A stretch of DNA of 64,000 nucleotides from NCBI GenBank assembly GCA_002327905.1, contig DCUY01000067.1:10764-74763 (forward strand), read 5' to 3'. The stretch comes from a candidate division WOR-3 bacterium UBA2202. Its GTDB lineage: Bacteria; Hydrothermota; 32-111. The stretch's first letter is position 1. Each line of letters opens with the position of its first letter. Below are positions 28,339-37,615 of this stretch, one piece after another. A model generated the notes under the pieces. It did not search any database. It had not been told where the DNA came from and saw only the letters and a program-made list of their open reading frames with translations. The translations under genes and the position numbers were made by a program.

Positions 28339-29044
28339 GCTCCTGCTCCATTCTGTGAATCTTTTTTGTGAAGAGGAGCTGGCTTATTGAGTCAAGCTCT
28401 GTCCATGAATAATTTGCTATGTCTTCATAAAAGAGTTCAAAATCAATATCAAGTATCATGTGCACGAGAACATCCTCATACCACTGTTTGAAGTACCCCT
28501 TGTCTATAAAATCTTCAAGCTCTTTTTTCAGCTTGACAGCGGTATTCTTGTCAAGCTTTGTTATTCCCGCATATTCTCCGCTGTACTCGTCAAGCTCCTT
28601 GCTCATCACTACGACTTTCCCCTCGTCAATCTGAACATTATAGTCACCGTCTTTTTTTATTGAAGAATCCATAAATATGTGCGGCTTAGTCGGCTTTTTA
28701 ACAAGAATTTTTGCAAGCTCCTCGGAGAAGACTATGTCTCCGTTTATGACAACAGTCTCTTTGTTAAGAAGATTTCTTGCGAACCAGAGGGAGACAATGC
28801 TGTTTGTGAATTCATAAAACGGATTGCAAATAAAATTAATATCAGTGAATTTTTCCATGATTGATTCTTTTTTGAATCCCACCACTATTGTTATCTCCGC
28901 AGTTTTATCGTGCTTTCTTATCAGCCGCACGCATCTCTCCACAATAGTCTCCTGATTTCCAATATTGACAAGACATTTCGGGAAATTGTTTGTGAACGGC
29001 TTAAGCCTTGTTCCCATTCCTGCAGCAAGAATTATGTAATTCAT
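28331..29044 (-). CDS. LicC-like nucleotidyltransferase (phosphocholine/phosphonate cytidylyltransferase family)
   Basis: ILAAGMGTRLKPFT...PKCLV signature of sugar/phosphocholine nucleotidyltransferases, and LicC-like FICNPFYEFTNSIVSLWFA. Start trimmed to MNYIILAAG at 29044. The ORF-track start at 29071 would overlap the upstream gene. Confidence 0.6.
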   Translation of the reverse strand: MNYIILAAGMGTRLKPFTNNFPKCLVNIGNQETIVERCVRLIRKHDKTAEITIVVGFKKESIMEKFTDINFICNPFYEFTNSIVSLWFARNLLNKETVVINGDIVFSEELAKILVKKPTKPHIFMDSSIKKDGDYNVQIDEGKVVVMSKELDEYSGEYAGITKLDKNTAVKLKKELEDFIDKGYFKQWYEDVLVHMILDIDFELFYEDIANYSWTELDSISQLLFTKKIHRMEQEHE

Positions 29045-29054
29045 ATTTTTCTCC

Positions 29055-29606
29055 TTACCATAAAATGACACCGTATCTGTATAAATATTCCTTTATAGGA
29101 AACTCAATTTTTATTCCTACTTTCTTAAATGATTCAATCAGATTGCATCCCGTAGCTTCAAGCGGAATGCGCGCCTGATAAGGGTTTCTGCATTTGTCTG
29201 TTGCGCATCCGTTTTTGCAGAGCTTACAGCTTCCTCCAATGAATGAGACTCTTGTGGGAAGGTCATTGTCATATAAAACCTTCTCAAGATGCAGAAGAGC
29301 TTTGTGTATCATGTTTGTAGACTGCCTTCTCACATCTTCAAAATTGTCATCCTCAACTTTCATTTTGGTGAACACTATAAGAGCATTGCTGTAATCCTCT
29401 TTGATGATTTTCTCATAATTCAGATTGGGAATGCGGGGCGGGCAAGTCCACTTTTCATTGTAATGCGCGCAGTGGAAGCAGAGAAGCTTCACCTTCTCTT
29501 CAAAGACGAATATGTCCGTTTTGGCATATACGGCTTCAAGATCAGGATATGATTTTTTAAGCTCGTCCTTCAAGAGAGAGACTGTTTTATCTTGTTCTTT
29601 CTGCAC
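29055..29606 (-). CDS. Cys-rich predicted metal-binding protein (DUF2284-like)
   Basis: 183 aa with CFHCAHYNEKWTCPP and CKLCKNGCATDKCRNP Cys clusters. The W-CPP motif is reminiscent of DUF2284. Confidence 0.45.
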   Translation of the reverse strand: MQKEQDKTVSLLKDELKKSYPDLEAVYAKTDIFVFEEKVKLLCFHCAHYNEKWTCPPRIPNLNYEKIIKEDYSNALIVFTKMKVEDDNFEDVRRQSTNMIHKALLHLEKVLYDNDLPTRVSFIGGSCKLCKNGCATDKCRNPYQARIPLEATGCNLIESFKKVGIKIEFPIKEYLYRYGVILW

Positions 29607-29805
29607 ATGACCTCCATTTCATCTGATTTTACACTCCTAATAAATAATGTCAAGTAATTAGTTGTTTTCTCAAATCTATCCTCTTGATAATCTATTCTTC
29701 ACAAATTCATTTACTTCATCTTTAATTTTATCAACAGAATCGTTCCGCCGAATTTTTCAGCGATAGTGTCAGAAATAAAACAACAAAAGAGTAATAAACC
29801 TTCGT

Positions 29806-30195
29806 TCACTTCACTATTTCCATATAAACTTCATTTCTAACTTTTTCTTTGACATTCTTATCTAAAACTGAATCAAGATACATTTCAATAATTTCATCTG
29901 TTTTCGACTTGAGAGTTTCTAATTCTTGAAGAATTGATGCTAAGTAATTAAGATCAACTGGTATTTTTATATCCTTTATTCCAATATCAAGAAATACTCT
30001 TAAATATCTTGCTTCTTCTTCCGAAGAACACTCAACTATACTTTTACCGGAAATCAATTTCCATCCGAATAGATCTTTTTGAACAAATACTTCTCCATTC
30101 TTAGCAGGTAATTCAACTATTTTAAGATTACTAACTGGAAGAATTAATATTTTTTCTTTATAAAATTCACCTATTTTTTTCATTTTAACTCTCAT
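29806..30195 (-). CDS. Hypothetical protein
   Basis: 129 aa ORF with no recognisable motifs. Separated by ~200 bp from both neighbouring genes. Confidence 0.35.
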   Translation of the reverse strand: MRVKMKKIGEFYKEKILILPVSNLKIVELPAKNGEVFVQKDLFGWKLISGKSIVECSSEEEARYLRVFLDIGIKDIKIPVDLNYLASILQELETLKSKTDEIIEMYLDSVLDKNVKEKVRNEVYMEIVK

Positions 30196-30348
30196 TTAGT
30201 TTACGAATGATTGTGTCCTTAAGGATGCTGATGTCAACTCCATTTTTGTTTTTGTTCTTTTTCTTTTTGCTACTTAATATCTTAGACAAATTATAATACG
30301 AATCAATAAAATATTCAATATACTCTATCTTTGATCAGTTCAGAAGAT

Positions 30349-32823
30349 TTATATCTCCGACCAGTATCTGCCTGTCTTTGATTTAACTTTTAAAATGTCC
30401 TTAAATCCTTCAATGTCTGTCATTGTCTCTTCAAGCGCACTTCTGTATTTTTCCAAAGAATCCGATTTTATTTCAAATACAAGTTCGTCATGAATGGTTA
30501 AAAGCATCATTATGTCTTTTTTTCCTTTTATTTTTTCATAGACATTTTTTATGGCTATTTTAATTATATCCGCCGCTGTTCCCTGCACAGGCATATTGAC
30601 AGCGGCCCGCTCCGCCTGCTCCCTCACATTTTTGTTCGGGGAATTTATCTCCGGAATAGAGCGAGCCCTTTTGAAATATGTCACCGCGCTTCTTCTCTTC
30701 CGAGTATCCGCTTTTGTCCTTTCAATCCAATCCTTAACCTGCCTGTACTCCTCAAAATACGAATTGATGAATCTTTCCGCATCATGTCTGTTAATCTTCA
30801 GCTCCTGCGACAATCCGAACGGGGTCTTTCCGTAAAGAACTGAAAAATTGACTACTTTTGCTATTGAGCGCATATTTTCATTTATCATGTCTTCTTCCAC
30901 ATCAAATATATGCATGGCAGTCTGATTATGTATGTCTCTCCCCTCTTTAAACGCCTTCAAGAGATTTTCATCCTGCGACAATACTGCAAGAACTCTGAGT
31001 TCTATCTGGGAATAATCAATCGAAAGAAAAACATTCTCTTCATCCCTTACAGTAAATCCTCTTCTGATATCAGGAGGAACATTCTGCATATTCGGATTTC
31101 TTGAAGAGAATCTTCCTGTTGCGGCATAAGACTGTTCGAAAGTCGTGTGCACTATAGAATCATTCTTTGTGATGTTCAGTATAGGTTCTATGAACCCGCT
31201 AAGAAGCTTCGAAAACTCTCTATAGTAAAGAATTTCAGTAGCTATCGGATGTTCGCCCATAAGAGAATCCAAAACTTGAAAATCTGTCGAGTATCCTGTC
31301 TTTGTCTTCCTGCCGGATTTTATTTTTAGTTTGTCAAACAGCACTTCTCCCACCTGCTTCGGAGAATTGATATTGAACCTGCATCCGGCGAGAGCATAAA
31401 TATCATTCTCTTTTTCAATAAGACGCTTTGAAATTATATCTTTTTCCTTTTCAAAAAAAATCTTGTCCGTGTATATTCCGTTCTTCTCCATGTCGCATAT
31501 CGCCGGTATTATTGGAAGCTCTATTTTGCTGTAAATTTCATAATTTGGATCTTTTAGCATTTCATCTGCAAACCGCTCTCTGTATAATGAAAATTTTTCT
31601 GATAATTCCAGAAAATCATCTGACTGAAAATTCATTCCGGAGTATTCCTTCACTATCCTTTCAAGCCCTCCGTGACGCATTTGAATCTGTGAAAGAAGCG
31701 TGATGTCAAGTATTTCAGCTCTGCCGATAAGTTTGTGAAGAAGAGTCATTCCCTTAAGGTTGTTTGTTATGATTCTCCTTCCCGCCATCTTGTCAGTCAC
31801 GCTGTCTGTCAGGGATTTTGCATCTCCGAAATAAAAAACTCCTCCGGAGCTTAAAAATATCATTTCATCAAACAGAAAGACAATGAGGTCTCCCTTTTCT
31901 TTCAGCACATCTTCTATTGTTTCCGTCTTCTTCATATTCTCTGCTTCGTCCTGTATAACCGCCTCCTCCTGCATCAATGAGAAAAGTTCATATTTTTTGA
32001 AGAGGCTGTTCAAAACCTCCCTGTTCTCACTTTTCCGTTTCAGATCATCAATGTTTAAATTCAGAGGTGCGCTTCTGTTTATTGTGACAAGCTTTTTAAA
32101 GAGAATAATATCATCGCTTTTTTCTAATATTCGCGCCCGCATTTTTTCATTTGAAACTTTTTCCGGATTTTTAAGAAGGTCTTCTATTGAATCAACTTCC
32201 CTCAAAATCTTTTCAGCAGTTTTTGGACCGATGCCTTCTATTCCCGGAACAGCATCGACTGCATCTCCTATAAGAGCAAAATAATCCGTTATCTGCTCCT
32301 TTTTAATATTCAGCCTCTCCTCGATTGATTTCGTATTCAAAACAGGATAGGAATTATTCTCTTTTTTCGGATATAGTATGAATGTCTTTTCATCTATCAG
32401 CTGTCCCATATCCTTATCCGCAGTTACAATTAAAATTTCCTTGAATGAATCTCTGAAATCGGATGCAAGAGTGCCTATTACATCATCCGCTTCGTATCCT
32501 TCGCATGAAACTACGGGAATGCCCATATTGGATACAATTTCATACAGAGGATTTATCTGAGATATAAGTTCATCCGGAGTCTCCTGCCTCCCGGACTTAT
32601 AATCCTTGAATATGTCGTGCCTGAATGTCGGTTTCTTCACATCCACAGCGCACACTATGCTGGCATTGCCATGCTCTTTGCTTATTTCATTGAGAAACGA
32701 CGTCACTCCGAATATTGCAGATGTGTTGAATCCGTCTGAATTTCTGAGAGGATTTCTTATGAATGCAAAGAAAAATCTGTAAATCAGATTTGTGAGATCC
32801 ACAAGTATCAGCTTGTCAGGCAC
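30349..32823 (-). CDS. polA: DNA polymerase I (compact form)
   Basis: N-terminal 5'-3' exonuclease (LILVDLTNLIYRFFFAF...). C-terminal family-A polymerase motifs (RRSAVTYFKRA, QGTAADIIKIAI, HDELVFE). At 824 aa it is shorter than E. coli Pol I, so the proofreading domain is likely reduced. Confidence 0.9.
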   Translation of the reverse strand: MPDKLILVDLTNLIYRFFFAFIRNPLRNSDGFNTSAIFGVTSFLNEISKEHGNASIVCAVDVKKPTFRHDIFKDYKSGRQETPDELISQINPLYEIVSNMGIPVVSCEGYEADDVIGTLASDFRDSFKEILIVTADKDMGQLIDEKTFILYPKKENNSYPVLNTKSIEERLNIKKEQITDYFALIGDAVDAVPGIEGIGPKTAEKILREVDSIEDLLKNPEKVSNEKMRARILEKSDDIILFKKLVTINRSAPLNLNIDDLKRKSENREVLNSLFKKYELFSLMQEEAVIQDEAENMKKTETIEDVLKEKGDLIVFLFDEMIFLSSGGVFYFGDAKSLTDSVTDKMAGRRIITNNLKGMTLLHKLIGRAEILDITLLSQIQMRHGGLERIVKEYSGMNFQSDDFLELSEKFSLYRERFADEMLKDPNYEIYSKIELPIIPAICDMEKNGIYTDKIFFEKEKDIISKRLIEKENDIYALAGCRFNINSPKQVGEVLFDKLKIKSGRKTKTGYSTDFQVLDSLMGEHPIATEILYYREFSKLLSGFIEPILNITKNDSIVHTTFEQSYAATGRFSSRNPNMQNVPPDIRRGFTVRDEENVFLSIDYSQIELRVLAVLSQDENLLKAFKEGRDIHNQTAMHIFDVEEDMINENMRSIAKVVNFSVLYGKTPFGLSQELKINRHDAERFINSYFEEYRQVKDWIERTKADTRKRRSAVTYFKRARSIPEINSPNKNVREQAERAAVNMPVQGTAADIIKIAIKNVYEKIKGKKDIMMLLTIHDELVFEIKSDSLEKYRSALEETMTDIEGFKDILKVKSKTGRYWSEI

Positions 32824-33391
32824 GATACAATTTCTCCCTCTTGATTACCTCTATAACGGCTTCAGGAGTAAGATTTGCTAAGGTTTTCCCCTCTTTCACA
32901 AGAGTCCTGATGTATGTTGATGAAATTTCAATTACAGGATTATCTGCAAAAATACTGTTCCCAAAATATTTCAAATCAATTTTTTTCTCCTCCAATACTC
33001 TTCTGACAATAATAAAATCCGCGTAATCCTGCATATCTTCAAATCTGTGCCAGAGATTTATCTGCCGAGCCTCATCCTCTCCTATAATAAAATAAAGAGT
33101 GTCATTCGGATACTGTCTCTTCAATTCTCTCAAAGTATAAATCGTATATGACGGAAGAGGAAGCTTGCTTTCAATGTCGGATACAATGACATTCTGAATT
33201 CCGCGGAATGCAGAGAGAGCCATTTCAAGACGCACTCCGTACGGAGTGGAATATTCGTCCTTCAGCGGCTGTCTGTAGCATGGAACAACAACAGCTCTGT
33301 CAATTATATTTTTGTTCAGGAGATGCATCAGAGGCAGAATGTGTCCTATATGGACAGGGTCGAAACCTCCGCCTAAAATGCCTGTCTTCAT
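32816..33391 (-). CDS. nadD: Nicotinate-nucleotide adenylyltransferase
   Basis: GILGGGFDPVHIGH (H/TxGH motif), 191 aa. Confidence 0.85.
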   Translation of the reverse strand: MKTGILGGGFDPVHIGHILPLMHLLNKNIIDRAVVVPCYRQPLKDEYSTPYGVRLEMALSAFRGIQNVIVSDIESKLPLPSYTIYTLRELKRQYPNDTLYFIIGEDEARQINLWHRFEDMQDYADFIIVRRVLEEKKIDLKYFGNSIFADNPVIEISSTYIRTLVKEGKTLANLTPEAVIEVIKREKLYRA

Positions 33392-34134
33392 TATATGTTC
33401 TTTTTTATTTTATCCAGTATTTTCTTTGCTTTAGGATAATGTTTGCTTGTCTCGCTTATCTTATTGATATTCTTCTCTGCATCATCATATTTTTTAAGCT
33501 TCATTTCGGTATTAACCAAAGACATTATCAAAGCATCTCTGTACCCATCGGACAAGTTGTTAAGATCGACTGACAGATAATATATCTCCGCTGAAATGTA
33601 ATCTCTCTTTTTAAAATAGAAATCCCCTGTGTGCATCTTTTTCTCTTCAAGACGCGATATCAAGATTCTTGAGAGAGAATCGACTTCCTGCTTATTTTCG
33701 CTCTCAGGATATTTCTGAAGAAATTCACGCATTTCATTTATTGCATTTTTCGAAAGAGTCTGGTCAAACTGATATGACGGCGCGAGTTTATAATAGCACA
33801 GCGCAAGCTTGTAAGAAGCATCCTTTTTAAGATTATAATTCTTGTAATTGTCTCGGAAATATTCAAGCTCTACAATCGCTTCAGTGTATGACTTGGCATT
33901 GTAATATGCATCTGCTAAATAGTACTGCGCAGATTCGGTTCTTTTGTTGGCAGGATACGAGAAAATATATTTTTGGAAAAGGTCTATGGATTTTCCCCAT
34001 TTTTTTGCCTCATACTGCTCAAACGCTCTGTTATAAAGATCCTCTTCACTGACAGAACTCTCCTTCAATACAGTCTTTTTTGCGCAGGAAAATAAAACCA
34101 CAGTTAATAAAATAATAATGAGAATTTTTTTCAT
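33391..34134 (-). CDS. TPR lipoprotein, BamD/YfiO-like outer-membrane assembly factor candidate
   Basis: Lipoprotein signal (LFSCAKK). TPR-like repeats with the Y-Y and A-YY patterns of BamD. 247 aa. Confidence 0.45.
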   Translation of the reverse strand: MKKILIIILLTVVLFSCAKKTVLKESSVSEEDLYNRAFEQYEAKKWGKSIDLFQKYIFSYPANKRTESAQYYLADAYYNAKSYTEAIVELEYFRDNYKNYNLKKDASYKLALCYYKLAPSYQFDQTLSKNAINEMREFLQKYPESENKQEVDSLSRILISRLEEKKMHTGDFYFKKRDYISAEIYYLSVDLNNLSDGYRDALIMSLVNTEMKLKKYDDAEKNINKISETSKHYPKAKKILDKIKKNI

Positions 34135-35036
34135 TGCATTGTCCTTTTGAGTATCTCCTTTAATTTGTTATTCGCCTCTTCGTATGTGTCGCTTGAACCG
34201 TAAACCTTCACATCGCTGTATTCTATGACTTTCTTATAGTGATAAATGGCTTTTTCGTAATTATTCAAATCAAAATAAATGTTGCCTGCATACAAGTGGG
34301 CATCGTCTATGAGAGAGAGAGGGCTTGGATTGTCAATAAATTCAAGAAGCAGGTTGAGAGCTTCATCATAGTCCTTCTTTAGATATTTTTCTTTGGCAAT
34401 TGTGAACTTCATTTCTCCATAAGCTACTTTGAAATCCGTTTCCGGGTCTTGAGCATTTACGAATTCCGTAGATGCTCTCTCCGCATAAATCATTGCCGTA
34501 TCAAACTTCATTTCAGATTTGAATATATCTATAAGCATCCTGTATGTCTTAATCTTGTCGTGGGACGGAAGGGAGATGCTCATTGCATTAATCAGAAGCG
34601 GTTTTGCAGAGACGAAATCCTTATTGTCAAAATAATGTTTTCCAAGGTGATAAAATCCTATGTTAATGTCATATGAATTATTCAGTTCAAGAATTTTCTG
34701 CCAGTATTTTATAGCATTCGAAGTGTAGCCCTTCATGAAGTCTGTTGAAGCTATTATTGAATATGATTTTATGACTTCATTCCTTAGTGCAGGATTTTTA
34801 TCAAGAGCAATTACATAGTATGAATCTGCTATTGCGAGTTTTCTGAGTTCCTTGTATGCCTCTGCTATCTGAAGATAATTCTTGGCGCTCTTATTATTCA
34901 TTCCCTCAAGAAGGGATATAACTTCATAGTATTTTTTCTCCTGAAGCATTTTGTCTATATTTTTATTTCTGTCTGCAATTCCGCATCCGAATAAAAAAAG
35001 AGCAATTAAAACAACAGCTGTAATTCTGATTCTCAC
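34131..35036 (-). CDS. TPR repeat lipoprotein
   Basis: Lipobox LFGCG. Multiple TPR-like repeats. Confidence 0.55.
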   Translation of the reverse strand: MRIRITAVVLIALFLFGCGIADRNKNIDKMLQEKKYYEVISLLEGMNNKSAKNYLQIAEAYKELRKLAIADSYYVIALDKNPALRNEVIKSYSIIASTDFMKGYTSNAIKYWQKILELNNSYDINIGFYHLGKHYFDNKDFVSAKPLLINAMSISLPSHDKIKTYRMLIDIFKSEMKFDTAMIYAERASTEFVNAQDPETDFKVAYGEMKFTIAKEKYLKKDYDEALNLLLEFIDNPSPLSLIDDAHLYAGNIYFDLNNYEKAIYHYKKVIEYSDVKVYGSSDTYEEANNKLKEILKRTMQ

Positions 35037-35848
35037 AACTCTACCTTCTCTATGAATTTTGTTATGAGCTTTTTCAGAGTCAATTCAGCTCTCTTCGCAT
35101 TATTGACGACATATTCAAATGAAACCGGCTCCATGTGGTCAGGAAGCCCCATGTCTGTTATCACAGAGAATCCTGCTACAGGAATGCTCATGTGTTTTGC
35201 GACAAGAGCCTCAGGTACAGTTGACATGCCTACAGCATCCGCTCCCAGAGTTTTAATCATTCTGTATTCGGCCCCTGTCTCAAGACACGGACCCTGTATT
35301 GCGAGATAGACTCCTTTTCTTAAAGGAATACCTACTTCCAAAGCCGCCTGTTCGGCGATTTCCTGAAATTTCTTCGGATATACTTCATATCCGTCAGGGA
35401 ATCTCGGTCCCAATTCATCATAATTTTTCCCTCTCAAAGGATTTCCGGGAAGGAAGTTGATATGGTCGGTAATCAGCATCACCTCTCCGGCTTTGAAGAG
35501 CGGATTTATTCCTCCTGCCGCATTTGAGACTATAAGCAATTTGGCTCCCAATTGAAGCATCACTCTTACAGGAAAAGCTATTGTCTGAAAATCATAGCCC
35601 TCATAGAAATGGAATCTGCCCGCCATGGCTATAACTCTCTTTCCTGCGAGGTCTCCGTATATCAATTCGCCTGCGTGGCTCTCAACTGTTGATATGGGAA
35701 AATTCGGAATATCTTTGTATGAAAGTTTTGCCTTGACATTGATTATCTGGGCAAGCTCCGACATCCCTGTTCCGAGAATAATTGCTATCTCAGGATTTGC
35801 GAATCCTTTGCTCTTCAAGAATTCAGTTGTTTCTTTTATTTTCTCCAT
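35033..35848 (-). CDS. Purine nucleoside phosphorylase (PNP/MTAP family, PunA type)
   Basis: GRFHFYEGY, the PNP family I signature, plus VGMSTVPE. 271 aa. Confidence 0.85.
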   Translation of the reverse strand: MEKIKETTEFLKSKGFANPEIAIILGTGMSELAQIINVKAKLSYKDIPNFPISTVESHAGELIYGDLAGKRVIAMAGRFHFYEGYDFQTIAFPVRVMLQLGAKLLIVSNAAGGINPLFKAGEVMLITDHINFLPGNPLRGKNYDELGPRFPDGYEVYPKKFQEIAEQAALEVGIPLRKGVYLAIQGPCLETGAEYRMIKTLGADAVGMSTVPEALVAKHMSIPVAGFSVITDMGLPDHMEPVSFEYVVNNAKRAELTLKKLITKFIEKVEL

Positions 35849-36401
35849 CTTTTTCCTCTTCTTTTTTTATATGGTTAAACAATGCGCCGAGATTCATTAT
35901 ATTCTCAGGCGGCTCCTTTAAAATCTGGTTTATTTCATTCACTTCTATCTTGTGTTCATTTGTCTCCTGATCAAGCATTTTGATATATGAGTCAATAATT
36001 CCCTTGAATCTGGAAATAAAATTGTTTTTAAGTGTAATCAATGTCTTTATATCATTTCGCAGGTGAATCACTTCATTCTTTGCGGATTGGACAATGTTCT
36101 CAGCTTCAAGCATTGCATTCCTCTTGATGATTTCCGCTTCCTTCACTGAATTTGACTTCAAATCTGAAGTGGACCTCTGCGCTGAAGTCAGTGTATCCTG
36201 CAATGTCCTTTCAAGACTCTTGTACCTCTCCAGTTCATTGTGCAGAGACTCCATCTGGTCCCTGTAGGAGTTGTTCTCTCTAAGAACCTCCTCCATCTGC
36301 TCTGCTATCATTGAGAGAAAGGTCTCAACTTCGTGCTTGTCAAAGCCGTTAAATGACTTTTTGAACTCCTGTTTCCTGATATCAAGAGGAGTTATTTCCA
36401 T
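35823..36401 (-). CDS. DivIVA domain protein
   Basis: N-terminal ITPLDIRKQEFKKSFNGFDKHEVETFL is the DivIVA signature. Coiled coil follows. Confidence 0.75.
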   Translation of the reverse strand: MEITPLDIRKQEFKKSFNGFDKHEVETFLSMIAEQMEEVLRENNSYRDQMESLHNELERYKSLERTLQDTLTSAQRSTSDLKSNSVKEAEIIKRNAMLEAENIVQSAKNEVIHLRNDIKTLITLKNNFISRFKGIIDSYIKMLDQETNEHKIEVNEINQILKEPPENIMNLGALFNHIKKEEEKDGENKRNN

Positions 36402-36574
36402 TATTCCTCCTTATAAAGATAATTATTTATTATAATGAATTATTTTGATAAATCAAGAGAGAATTTAACACAATTATCTGAACAATCTTTCTTTCGCTAA
36501 ATTATTATTCAATAATACTATTGTTTTTTATGACTTTTTCAATATAATCAAGAAAAAGGAGGATAAAGAATCTT

Positions 36575-37615
36575 ATGAAAAAACAAATCCATTTACATAT
36601 ATCTATTTTGTTTTTTGCGCTTGTTTTGACAATTATATTCGGGAATATGCTTGAAACGCCGAGTGAAAAGATTCTTGAATTCTTTTATGGTAAATTATAT
36701 AAGATTTCCAAATTTGACGGAATCTCCTATGACGCCAATAATATGCCTCTAATTGATTATAAATCCTTCAAAGGAATTCATATAGGCAGAGTGTACAATC
36801 CTCTGGTTGTCGGATGGAAGACTAACGAGATTATTGATAAGAAGATTATTACACGGAAAGACACTTTGACAATTTTGAATTTTGCAGACAATCTTGTGCT
36901 TCAGGATTACGGATTTGAAGAGAATACTGGTCTATTAAAACATAATTATGGTTGGCCAAGATGCAATATAATCGACTATTATTATTCGTGCCTGAGTCAG
37001 GGAAGGGCATTACAGGTTATGCTTGCGGCATTCAAGCTCTCCGGAGATTCAATTTATCTCGCAAACGGAAAGAGATTGGTTATGGGTTTTTTCATTGACA
37101 TTGAAAATGACGGACTGCGTGAAGTTTTGGATGACTCAAGCTGGTGGTATGAAGAATTTGCAAGCAAATCAGTTCCTGTGCCGTTTGTACTCAATGGAAT
37201 GATAAGTTCTGTTTTATGCCTAAATGAATTTTATTCTGTTACAGGAGACACAAATGCATGGATTCTTTCAAAAAACGGATTTAATGCAATAGTAAAAAAA
37301 CTTCCGCAATTTGACAGAAACGGATATGCTTTTTATGACCTTTTGGGAAATGTATGCACCCCTTTGTATGAAAAATATACAATCTCTCTTTTAAAAGATC
37401 TTCAAAGAATTAAAGTTGACAGTACATTGGATTTTTATCAGACAAAGTGGGAAGAATACCAGAATAATACTATTTTTATTAAAAAGGTTTTAGACCAAAG
37501 ATCCAGAAGGTCTCTGGGAATGATTGCTGTTCAATTCATATCTGTATTTGCTATAGTTGAATTATTCGGAATGCTTTTCTTTTATATATTTTACAAGAGA
37601 CGGAAAAGAATTTAA
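36575..37615 (+). CDS. Membrane-anchored hypothetical protein (possible C5-epimerase-like toroid domain)
   Basis: N-terminal TM helix, 346 aa, C-terminal TM. The NYGWP...LNGMISS region is faintly reminiscent of glucuronyl C5-epimerase C-terminal domains. Weak. Confidence 0.35.
   Translation: MKKQIHLHISILFFALVLTIIFGNMLETPSEKILEFFYGKLYKISKFDGISYDANNMPLIDYKSFKGIHIGRVYNPLVVGWKTNEIIDKKIITRKDTLTILNFADNLVLQDYGFEENTGLLKHNYGWPRCNIIDYYYSCLSQGRALQVMLAAFKLSGDSIYLANGKRLVMGFFIDIENDGLREVLDDSSWWYEEFASKSVPVPFVLNGMISSVLCLNEFYSVTGDTNAWILSKNGFNAIVKKLPQFDRNGYAFYDLLGNVCTPLYEKYTISLLKDLQRIKVDSTLDFYQTKWEEYQNNTIFIKKVLDQRSRRSLGMIAVQFISVFAIVELFGMLFFYIFYKRRKRI

Noticed and set aside
33391-35036. Considered calling the two TPR lipoproteins Tgl/PilF-type pilus secretin pilotins because of nearby pil genes
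   Set aside because: Only generic TPR and lipobox features are visible. They are 9-10 kb from pilB and pilT with unrelated genes between, so the evidence is insufficient.
36402-36574. Possible promoter or riboswitch in the 173-bp divergent region upstream of the 346-aa membrane protein
   Set aside because: It is AT-rich with several weak -10-like hexamers but no convincing -35/-10 pair and no conserved structured-RNA motif recognisable by eye.
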